Shown one piece after another: positions 46,895-57,700 of a stretch of DNA of 64,000 nucleotides; position 1 is the stretch's first letter, and each line of letters starts with the position of its first letter. Source of the DNA: Camelus dromedarius (lineage: Eukaryota); assembly GCF_036321535.1 (NCBI RefSeq), contig NC_087437.1, positions 92,444,001 to 92,508,000 of the forward strand, given 5' to 3'. Below the pieces are notes generated by a model that ran no database searches, had not been told where the DNA came from, and was given only the letters and a program-made list of their open reading frames with translations. The position numbers and the translations under genes are program-made.

Positions 46895-49800
46895 TAAAAT
46901 CATGTAATCATATCAATAGATGCAGAAAAAGTAACAAAATCCAACATTCATTCATGATAAAAATTCTCAGGAACCTAAAAATAGGGAAGAACTCCCTCAG
47001 CTTGATAAAACACATCTACAAAAGCATACAGTTAATCATACTTTAATGTAAGAAACTAGGTGTTTTCTCATTATGATTACGAAGAAGGAAAGAATGTCTG
47101 CTCTTGCCACTCATATTCAATACCATGTTAAGTCTTAGGTAATGCAAAAAATAATACAAGAAAAGAAAATAAAGGGTATACAGATTTAGAAGGAAGAAAC
47201 AAAACTGTCTTTGTTGACAGATACTATAATTGTCATTGCAGGAAATCCAAAAGAATTGACCAAAAAAACCCAAAAAAACTGGCACTAACAAACGATTATA
47301 GTAGTTTATTACAGGACACATGGTTAATGTACAAATGTCAATTGCTTTCTTATATACCAGTAAGAAAAATTAGAATTTTAAATTAAAATCACAATACCAT
47401 TACATTAGCACCCCCTCCCCCCAAAAATTCCTAGGTATAAATCTAACAAAGTATTACACAATCTTAATGGGGAAACTACAAAACTCTGATGAAAAAATCC
47501 AAGAATATAGAAATAAACAAATATATATTCCACATTGATGGATTGGAAGACTCAATATTGTTAAAACTGAAGTGTAATTCATGAAATAAAAATGATATTA
47601 GGCCTCATTAAAATTAAATACATCTATTTTGTGAAAGATAGTTAAGATAATGAAAAGACAAGACATGGATTGAGACAAGAAAAATCTTGCAAAAGTACTG
47701 ATAAAGTACTGATATCCAAAACATACTAAGAACTCTTAAAACACAACAATTAGAAAATAAACATCCAAACTAAAAAGTGGGCAAAAGATCTAAGCAGACA
47801 CCTTATCATACAGGTGGCAAATAAGCACATTAAAAGATATTCAACATTATATGTCATCAGGGAATTATAAATTAAGACAACAATAAGATTCTACCACATG
47901 CTTATTAAAATGTCTAAAATCCAAAGCACTGACAACATCAAATGCTGGCGAGAATGTAGAGCAACAGGAACTGACATTTACTGCTGGTGGGGATGCAACA
48001 CAGTATAGCCATTTGGGAAAACAGTTTGGTAGTTTCCTACAAAACTAAATATATTCCAAATATATGATCCAGTAACTCCTTGTACTCCTTGTTATTTACC
48101 CAAATAAGTTGAAAACTTATGTCCACACAAAAAAAACTTATGGCTGCACATAGTAATTGATAGCAGCTTTATGTATAATGGCCAAAATTTGAAAGCAATA
48201 TGGATGTCCTTCAATAGAAGAATGGATAAACAAATTATAATACATTCATATAATATCATTCATAAATAAATAGAAATGAGCTATCAAGCCACTAAAATAC
48301 ATGGAGGAAACATAAATTTACCGTGTTAAGTGAAAGAAGTCAACCTGAGAAGCCTACAAATTCCAACTCTATGACATTCTGCCAGTACCATATTGGTTTT
48401 TACTACTGTAGCTTTGTACTATAGTTTAAATCAGGGAGTGATTCCAGCTTTGTTCTTCCTAAGATTGTTCTGGCTAATCAGGGTGTTTGTTTTCTATACA
48501 TATTTTGGAATTATTTTTCTAGTTCTGTGAAAAATGACATTGATATTTTGGTAGGGATTGCATTGAATGTATAAATCGTTTGGGGTAGGATGGTCATTTT
48601 AACAATATTAATTCTTTTAACCCATAAACACAGTCTTTCCATTTGTTTGTGTTGTATTAAATTTCTTTCATTGGTGACTTACAGATTTCTGGGTATAGAT
48701 CTTTTATCTCTGAAGTTAGATTTATTCCTTGGTATCTTATTCTTTTTGATATGATTGTAAATGTGATTGTTTAATTTTCCTTTCTGATAGTTTATCATTG
48801 GTATATATATCATTGGTAATACAACAGATTTCTGTATATTAGTTTGTATTCTGCAACTTTACTGAATTCACTGATGAGTTCTAATAGCTATTTGGTTTTG
48901 TCTTTAGGATTTTCTATATATGACATCATATCATTTGCCAACAGTGACAATTTTTTTTTCCTTTCCAATTTGAATTCCTTTTATTTGTTTTTCTTGTCTG
49001 ATTGTTGTGACTAGGACTTCCAATACTATGTTCAACAAAAGTGGTGAGAGTGAGCATCCTTGTCTTGTTCCTGATCTTAGAGGAAACGCTTTCAGCTTTT
49101 CACCATTGAGTATGCTATTAGCTGTGGGGTTGTCATATAGAGTCTTTATTATGTTGAGATATGTTCCCTCAATACCCATTTTCTGGAGAGTTTTTATAAT
49201 AAGTGGAAATTGAATTTTGTCACAGCTGTTTTTGTATCTATTGAGATGATTTTTTTTTCAACTTGTTAACGTATCACATTGATTGACTTGTCAATACTGA
49301 ACCATCCCTGCATCCTTGGGATAAACACTTGACCATGGTGTATGATCTTTTTAAAGTATTATTGGACTTGGTTTGCTGGTATTTTGTTGAGGATTTTTGC
49401 ATGTATGTTTATCAATGATATTAGCCTATAATTTTCTTTTTTTGTGTGATCTCTTTGTCTGGTTTTGGTATCTGAGTGAGGTTGGCCTTGTAGAATGAAT
49501 TCTGAAATGTTCCTTTCTCTGTCAATTTTTAGAATAGTTTGAGAAGGATAGGTGTTAATTTTTCTCTAAATGTTTGGTAGAATTCACCTGTGATATCATG
49601 TGGTCCTGCAATTTTGTTGGGAGGTTTATTTTTTATTACTGATTCAATTTTATTACTGGTAATTGATCTGTTTATATTTTCTGATTCTTCTTGATTCAGA
49701 GTTAAGAGATTGTAAATTTCTAAGATTTTTTTTCTATTACTTCTAGTTTGTCCAATTTATTGGCATATAATTTTTCATAGTAATCTCTTTTTTTTTGTAT

Positions 49801-50570
49801 TTCTGTGGTTTTGGTTGCAATTTCTCTTTTTTTATTCTTGACTTTATTGACTTGGGCCCTCTTTTTTTTTTTCTTGATGAGTTTAGCTAAAGTTTTATCA
49901 ATTTTGTTTGTATTTTCAAAGAACTGACTCTTAGTTTCATTGATATTTTCATTTTTTAGTCTATTTCTTCTCTAATGTTTATGATTTCTTTCTACTTTTT
50001 TTGGGGGGGGTTAATTCTTATATTTCTAGCTCTTTTAAGTTTATTTGAGATCTTTCTTGTTTCCTGAGTTAAGTTTGTATTGTTATAAACTTCCCTCTTA
50101 GAACTGCTTTTGTTGTGCCCTGCAGATTTTGAATCACTGTTTTCATTTTCATTTGTCTACAGGTAAATTTTGATTCCCTCTTTGATTTCTTTAATGACCC
50201 ATTGGTTGTTTAGCAGCATAATGTTTATGCACAACATCACATGTTTGTGGCTTTTTAAGTTTTTTTATTGTAGTATATTTCTAGTTTCAAATGTATGACA
50301 TTCTGGAAAAGGCAAAACTTTGGAGTAGTAATAAGATCAATAAGGTTGATGGGGGTTTAGAAGAAGAGAAAGAGGAATAAATAGGTGGGGCACAGGTGAT
50401 ATTTAAGGCAGTGAATCTATTCTGGATGATACAGTGGTGGATACACATCATTATATATTTTTCAGAGTGAGGAGAATTACATGAAGATCGAACTCTTATG
50501 TAAACTATGGACTTTAGTTAATAATAATGTATCAATATTGTTTAATTAATTGCAATAAATGTACCATATA
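46895..50570 (+). mobile_element. Older L1M 3' portion split by an antisense L1 insert
   Basis: ORF2 RT and C-terminal motifs 46900-48381; 3' UTR resumes at 50294 (tatgacattctggaaaaggcaaaact). Confidence 0.9.
48382..50293 (-). mobile_element. Internal L1 ORF2 fragment, no polyA, 12-bp TSD
   Basis: ORF 48931-49179 [11 protein letters not shown]...[12 protein letters not shown] is L1 RT; flanked by tatgacattctg at 48370-48381 and 50294-50305. Confidence 0.9.
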
Positions 50571-51606
50571 TTTCCCTCTCTAGTACAAAACAAGACAGTA
50601 GGACAAACTGCCCTTTTACCAGTTGGGTTTTAGATGTGTTTCTACTGTTTATTCCCATTAACTATTAATAACTAAAAACCAGTCTTTTCCCTTGCTCTCT
50701 TCTTTTTTCCTTGCAAGTTTCCACCAGAAAAAAAGTTAACCTATCTATATTACTAATCAAATTATAATTCATACCAAATAATAAGATTTATTATCTAAAG
50801 TTTATTTTTATAAGTGTGCATCATTAAAACTGTTACATTTGATAGTAGGGAGAGAATCCTCAGTTTAAAATATATGGCATATAGGTTATACATAATTAAA
50901 GTATTTTTTTTTATTTTATAGTCTTATTTTATGGTCTTATAAAAAATACCATGAAGCTAAATAATTCACTTTTAATTGTAAGTTACATTTAACAAATGGA
51001 ACTGTAGATTGCAAACAGCCCCATTTTCTCTAGTGTCTAGGATAGAAAGGGTTGATATTTAATTATTTTCTTAAAAGCAGATTAAATCATGCAATCTAAA
51101 ATTTTTAACCCTAAAATCTGTATAACAATTAATCTAAGTGGATGATGATTTCACAGGTTTGTCACGTTTCTTCAAATATATTTGTATTGTATTGTTAAAC
51201 CACTATTTCTATAGGACAATTCCTTTCAATGTCAAATTCCATGAAGTAAATTATCAAAGCATATAAAAAATACCAATAAAAATAAGCACACAGTAATACT
51301 CTGATGTGACCTCATATTCTTAAATACACACATAGTATGTATTCTTAAATACACACATATCTTTAGTATCTGTTATATTTCATTTAAGTAGAATGATTAA
51401 TGCCACTTTGTCATGTAATATGAAATAAATTTACTTAATTTAAATTTTTTATTTTAATTAGCTTTTAGTCCCTAATGAAAATCTTACAATTTACCAAATA
51501 TCACTAATGTTTCTTGTTTCTTCCCAAACTGAAGCCAAACAACTATACTAGTTCATTAAAAAAAAAAAGACAAAATTTTTTTTTTTGTCATTTAGCTGGC
51601 ACTTAC

Positions 51607-51840
51607 AACTATGTTCAATTTAAAACTATTAGTGGTCATGATTTCTAAGAGGTCTTATAGTTTTCCTTAATTTTCAATATCATTGTGTTACAATGCCCTT
51701 AACTGATTAATATGTACATTGTACAACCTACTTTGGTTTAACTCAGAACAATGTATTATATTAAGATAGTGTAGATTAGGCCACTCTTTCATAATGTGTT
51801 CATTCTCATAATAAGGTCAAATTTTGAAAACAAATTTCAG
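51607..51840 (-). pseudogene. Possible fossil exon
   Basis: 234 nt in one frame ending at a gtaagt donor: LKFVFKI*PYYENEHIMKEWPNLHYLNIIHCSELNQ...DLLEIMTTNSFKLNIV; a decayed DNA transposon origin is not excluded. Confidence 0.4.
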
Positions 51841-52348
51841 CTATTTTTTTAAAAAGATGTAAAACAAATGCAGTAAAACAATTGTGTCTCAAATTAATCC
51901 AACTTTAAAATAAATGTCCTATATCCAGCAACACCATATGTATGAAAACTCCTCTTTATTCCCAACTCTGTGGTTTGATTCTAAATTAAGCCCCCACTTC
52001 ATGTGAGACCAAATAAATGAGTCAGTTGATAAATGTCAAGTTGCCTTTTTTCCTTCACATTTATTTTGTATATTATATTTATTTAATGCCTTTTATTATA
52101 TTTGTAATTTATGAGTAAAGAATCAAAGTTGGATCATCTGTTTCATCTAAATGAGTTAAATTCAGTCATTTTAAACCAGAATAGTGTTTTGTTTTGTTTT
52201 GTTTTATGGTATTACTGTACTCAATCCAATAATCAGAGTATAAAACAAGCAGATAACCAGAGTAGTATCAAAAATAATTAAATTCACAAATATATACAAA
52301 AATATTTCAAGGTCCATGAATTTCTTCCTAGATGTTTTGAGACCTTAC

Positions 52349-52767
52349 TCTCAGAAACTGACAAACCAAGCAAAAAACAAAGTCAAGATATAAAACATCA
52401 GATTTCATCTTATTCTTCCGTATTTAGAGGTTTTTCTTAAAGTTACTGTTGATCCCTGAATGGCCTTTCATCTTTGAGAAGATAATTCTAAAAATCTGAT
52501 TGCTGTTCCATGTGCTTGAGTCCAAGGCCCTATGAGTGTATACAAATTTTTAACCAATCCTTTAATTTCAGCAACACTCCCTTTCCTCATCCCAAACATC
52601 TACCAACCAAGGAGGTACTTTAGATTTTAGAACATTTTCTCAATACTATAGCATAAATGAGTTTATGTATTGGCTGTTTCAAACTTCTACTCCTACTTGC
52701 TGCTGTCCAGTTGAAATCCTTCATCTGCTACCATCTTTTCCTGCAGCCTACATGTCCTTCCTTCTGA
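52349..52767 (-). pseudogene. Fossil exon
   Basis: Acceptor cttcttttaccttattaag, donor A|gtaagg. SEGRTCRLQEKMVADEGFQLDSSK...MFGMRKGSVAEIKGLVKNLYTLIGP/HMEQQSDF*NYLLKDERPFRDQQ. Confidence 0.55.
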
Positions 52768-53329
52768 CTTAATAAGGTAAAAGAAGTCTCTTTATTCTTC
52801 ATACTGAGGGGGTTGGTAAGTTAGAATGAAGCAAAGGTAAATGTGTTTGTTCAGTCAATGGTATTTATTCAGATTCCTCAAATAGTAGATTTGAATATAT
52901 AATCTAAATATTTGAATATATAATATAACTTTATAAGTACCAAAACTAAGAAAGAGACACAAACACTATTTGCAAATAGCATAAAACAAATATTCAATTG
53001 TTCATGTACAGGTCACAAACGAAACTTTGATAAATCATCTAAATGTATTGTTGAATGAGATAAAATTGCTTATATTCCATCCTACTGGATGTAAAAAAGT
53101 GGTTAAAAAAAGCCACACAGGCTACAAACAAAATGGCAATAAGAATATGATATATAAAAACCTCTGGCATTCAGTCAAAATGATAATCTGAGAAAAATAT
53201 GTATCAACAATTTTATTATAAAATAAAAGACTACAAAACAAACTAATCTTTCATCTTAATAACAAAAAAATTAAAATTATTACAAAGAGTTTATTTGAAA
53301 AAGCAGCAGTCAATGATAACTCAATTTTA

Positions 53330-54320
53330 TAGTTGATATTTCTGACTATCAATTTTCATCTGAGGTCTAGAATCCCATTTTTAAAGGTCTTCTCAGTGTT
53401 GCTCCCTGGATACTTTGTAACATCTGTAATTCTGTTGGTTTATAAATAAACTCATTGCCTTCTCTTCAAAAATATGCTGTTATATATTCACCATGATGTT
53501 AATGTCCTAAACACTCATTCAGTTTCTTATGTTGAAAGCCTCTAAATCATCTTCAACTCATTCTCTCCTTTATGTCATGAGACCAAATTACTAACCACAT
53601 GTGCCTTGTTTGACAAGTATAACCTCCCTCGAATCTGATTATCACATTTCTTCACATAATTATTGCAAAACACAACTGCATCTAGTTTTTCTTCCTTCTC
53701 CCAAAGGGCTACCTGTGCTCACTCAAAAAGAGCTGGTTTTGTCACCTTCAATTAACAAGAAAGAAAGAAAAAGAAGAAGAAAAAAAAAACTTTGCTGGAA
53801 AGAAAAAAACATACAGACACATAAGCAGATACAAACAGTATTTCATGAGTTTTTATTATTCATTCCTTACTCTATAGAACAGCATTTAGGATCTTTCACA
53901 ATGTAACTCTGACTTCTAACTTAAAGTCAGATGATTCTTTGATTCTGATCCCTTATAGATTATAGCTCTTTGACATGCACACTCTATTCTAGTAAAACAA
54001 GACTGCTGACTGTTCTCTAATTTTCTTGTCATTATAGTGGAAAATATTTTTCTCCCCTTTTCTTCTTCCGGTCATATGGAATTCATTCTTGCAGGCCTAG
54101 CTCAGTTTTATGTCCTCAAGAAAACTTCTTGCCCATCCTTCAACCCTAATCTTCTTTTCTTTATAACTATATCATAAGATACATGTGTTCATACATCTGC
54201 TTACAATATATACGCTTCTCTGTGAAGACACAGAATGTGTACTTCTCAACTTTATATCTCCACAGAGGGCCTGGCAGAAGTACTTGGACCATAATGATTA
54301 ATACTCAAAATATGTTTGCT
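53330..54320 (+). mobile_element. L2 fragments
   Basis: Decayed L2 body ending atactcaaaatatgtttgct. Confidence 0.55.
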
Positions 54321-54467
54321 CTAGCTAGGTGCAAATAATTAGGTATATAATCTTGTTAGTTATAAATTATAAAACAGTTGCAGCTGATAATGATCCCAGC
54401 CTATTTTCAAGAACTGTGGAAGTTTGAAATTTTAATTTATTTTCAGCCTAGCAAATTAGCCCACCTC

Positions 54468-54893
54468 TGTTTCATGGATGGTAGACGGAGAACTGACACT
54501 CTTGAATCAAAGTATTTTATTACTTACATCAACAGCAGTAATCATACCATCGGTATTCAAGCCAGTCCTCCAAACCGCAGTATCCACAGAGCAACACAAA
54601 GAGAAACAGATGATGCTGCAGTGGGTTATGTTAGAGGAGAGGAATTCTGAGTTTATGGAGCCTTGATCTTTTATAATGGACAGAAAGCTTGCCTGAATCT
54701 TGTCCTGAAGATATTATCTTTACTGCTCTATCAGGAAGTAAATATGCCCTCTGCCCCAGAGGTAGACATGGTTTCTGTCTTCCAAGGATGCCTGTTAACC
54801 CTTGAATAGTTAATCCAAAAACAAAAGAAGTCAGTGGCTCTGCTCACAAGATACATAGAAAATCAAGAAACCAACTGAGAATTGTCTCCTGAT
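54468..54893 (-). mobile_element. Old solo LTR (family uncertain)
   Basis: Antisense polyA signal (ttttattact) near a TG terminus; LTR-like length and composition. Confidence 0.5.
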
Positions 54894-55189
54894 GCCTATT
54901 TTTACCCATAACATTCTGATGCATGTATAAAAGACAATTACAATAGAAGGAAACTGAAGTGTATGGAGTACAAGCCTCGAAGTATCATTCAGTCACTCAT
55001 CAGTTTAATATTTATCGAGTGTCTCTTATGGATCAGATACTGATCAAAGTTCTGATGATAGAGCAGTGAACAAAACAGTGTTTCTGCCTTCTTGAACTGT
55101 ATGTTCCACAAAGAGGGGAGTCAATGTGACTCCAAAATTTCTAGCTGAATCAATTTTAAGCAGAAAAAAACAATCAGGTAGATACTACA

Positions 55190-56991
55190 TAATCACCCAT
55201 TTTAATCATACTCGTACTCTGCCACTATGTATTTCTGAAGGCATATTTTTCAGTCTTATTCAGTGTATCATGTTCAATATTTTTCCTTAAATTGCTGGTA
55301 ATCATCAAAGTACTTAGAATGCACAGAGCAAACTCTATTAAATGTAGGATGCTCTGGATTCCAATTTTCATGTTGAAATGTATAAATATTTCAGATGAAG
55401 TATTCATAGGATCTATCCTTTTGTATGCATTGAAAGTAAGGCTCTTTGTCAAATATTTTGCAAGGCAAAATTTGTCAAATAAATTACCTTTATCAATAAC
55501 TTTTATGTATTTTACCAATTTCAGAAGCTAAAAAAAAATCACAGAGATTCTGTTTAATTCTATTTTTGTACAGGATATATGTTTATACTAATAAAACAGA
55601 AATTCTATCAGATATTTTTCTACAAACTGAGATATTTTAAAATAAAATCATAGAATTTCAAAGGCTCAAATAATTCTAAAATTTAATGAACACCACACAG
55701 AGAAAGCACATACTACCACACTTGAAAGAGGTTTTCATTAAAAAATTAGCTTTCCACAAACATATAGTAGCTCAGTTATTCTGTGTATGTATAAAAATAT
55801 TTCTGTGGCAGCCACAGCTTCTATTTCAATGGGTAGAGCATCATCTCTGTGTCAATTTAGGTCATCCAAAAAGTAGAAGCTGAGATAGGATAGGTATGCA
55901 AGAGAATTATTGTGAATCACCACTGAAGATAAAGGGCAGAGAGCTAGGGAAGGCAGGGAGAGCTTCAGGCAGCATTGCATATCTGACATCTGTGGAAGGA
56001 AAGCATGAAGGCAGGAGGATTGGGTAGAAAGAGCTTCAGTCTGCATTTTTAGTACAGTTCTGAGAAAGCCACATCCAGGCCTACGGGGAGTCCCTGAGCA
56101 GACACTGCCCAATAGAGTTGTCCTGCACTAGCCAGGGATTGTCTGGCTCTAGTATCACAGTCATGCTCAGACACTCACAGGAAGAAACTGGGGGAAAGCA
56201 GAGCTTTGACAAGAGTGTCACAATGCATCTGAGGAGGCAGTTTCAACTATACGCCTCATGGCAGATTCTCTTGAAGAGAGAGCTGAGCAGTATACCTCAA
56301 AGCTGCCAAGGCCTCTGATTGGACTTAATTGATTTTCTCTATGGAAAAAAAAGGTAACATTGACATAAACCCTTCATTACTTAACTCTTTTCAAAGATTT
56401 TTTCCTGTTCAAGGAGTCAGCTAAGTCACTGCTATCACTTCACTGTGTATGTGAAGGAAGAAAACTTAGCATCAACAATTAACAAAATTAATTTAGAAGA
56501 ACATTCTTTGGACTAAATGAAATGTGTTTCACAAAGTGGTAAGTAAATACAACTTCTTCAGCTGCATGTGTTAAATTATCATCTTCAGGTGCATTCTTCT
56601 AAAAACTAGATTTTTGTAGTAGAAGCTTGTATGTCTCTAACAGATTTGTGTCTTCTGGTTCTCATGTGGCCACTATGATCCTTATGTTGAATCATAAATG
56701 TTGAGGTGCATTTTGTGCAAGTTAATTTTGCCTTATTCTTGCATTGCAAAAATTTATTTTCATTTTTCTTGCTATTGACTGATTGCAAATAGATTCATTA
56801 CAAAATAAAAAAGCATTATTAAATATTAAAATTAATAGCTGTGGATTTATACATCTGTAGTGAGAGTAATAACATTACATTCTACACAACCACATCACAA
56901 CTGCTCAGACTTTATTTCTCATACACATTTCATGTATATCTAGCCCATCATTTACCAAATTTTCCAATTATCCCATTAACTGCTGACCCTG
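55190..56991 (-). mobile_element. hAT-Blackjack transposase fossil (internally deleted)
   Basis: BED-finger-like CTKCTSTFMIQH...GHMRTRRHK; AAEEVVFTYHFVKH; SSKLILLIVDAKF...SEVIAV; LPIEIEAV; NLFDKFCL; EIFIHFNMKIGIQSILHLIEFAL, collinear with hAT/BLACKJACK transposase motifs as recalled. Confidence 0.75.
55848..56310 (-). mobile_element. LTR16A-like ERVL solo LTR
   Basis: ggcagggagagcttcagg...ggaggattgggtagaaagagcttcag...ctcttgaagagagagctgagcag; degenerate 5-bp TSD atctc/gcctc. Confidence 0.85.
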
Positions 56992-57628
56992 TAACTTTTG
57001 CATCTTGCAGGCCCCTGTACAGATCAAAACTTGCTAATATGCATGCAGAGAGCAAGACTGCAGTAGCAACCATTTCCCTCCTCACTGCCACACACCAGAC
57101 AAAGTTAGCTGTCTGGACTTCTCTTACGTAAGTATCTTTCCTTCAGCTAGTGCACATCCTGTATCTTCTCTTGAAAGGAAGAGTTTAGCGAAATAGAATT
57201 TGAAAATGGTCAGAAAAAGGAAGACAATTATTCTTTCAGATTAAGCCACACGTTAGAAGTAAGAATTCTGTTCACCACATATGAATTACACGAATTACAA
57301 AATGATTATATGACTAAGACAGGAAGTACATGGTGAAGGCCTTGCAAACCTATCTCAGCTCATTTTCATGCAACCATTAATAATAACAATGCATTGTTAA
57401 AAAATGAACAATTCAAGAAAAATCCTAATAAAGATAGTGAAACAACAGTCATAAACCAAGACCATCTCTGGCAAACTGTACCATAGTCATTTTAGGAGCA
57501 CCAATATTTTCTGAACAGGAAATACGTGTACTCCATAGTAATTGATAATAATTTTGAATACTGTCATAGAAAAGGAGGAGTTAAGAAGGAAAAACAACAT
57601 CAGTAAGCTTTGAACTGAAATTTTTAAT
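56992..57628 (-). pseudogene. Most 5' fossil exon in window (3' side cut by BLACKJACK)
   Basis: Very strong acceptor tttctttttttcttttcag, phase 0: IKNFSSKLTDVVFPS*LLLFYDSIQNYYQLLWSTRISCSENIGAPKMTMVQFARDGLGL*LLFHYLY*DFS...WLHENELR*VCKAFTMYFLS/YVVNRILTSNVWLNLKE...FQEKIQDVH*LKERYLRKRSPDS*LCLVCGSEEG. Confidence 0.7.
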
Positions 57629-57700
57629 CTGAAAAGAAAAAAAGAAAAGTCAATCAGAAAATCCTAACAAGTTTGAAAGAAATTTAAAAGTGAATGGTGT

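Larger units (their letters stand above)
2358..57628 (-). pseudogene. Giant multi-exon unprocessed (putative unitary) pseudogene of an unidentified >4,000-aa protein; 5' end outside window
   Basis: About 40 collinear minus-strand segments with protein-like translations, polypyrimidine-AG acceptors and GT donors. Splice phases match across consecutive exons (e.g. 24458>22753>22215; 14716>13345>12826>12568>10731>10021>9740>9381>9199; 40002>39812; 39397>38587>35072). Many in-frame stops and frameshifts. Confidence 0.82.

Noticed and set aside
50570..51560. Three further weak coding-like minus-strand stretches (~50575-50723, ~51110-51260, ~51488-51555)
   Set aside because: Acceptors are decayed and frames ambiguous. 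They may be real exons but cannot be supported without an ortholog alignment.
55290..55390. THAP-like NWNPEHPTFNRVCSVH in an alternative minus frame
   Set aside because: It lacks the following Phe and the N-terminal CxxxxC, and is an off-frame reading of the hAT C-terminal region.
55210..56790. Exon-like blocks with apparent AG/GT boundaries, first read as part of the fossil gene
   Set aside because: The peptides match hAT/BLACKJACK transposase motifs in order, so the splice-like sites are coincidental. This also warns that a few low-confidence exons elsewhere could be TE remnants.
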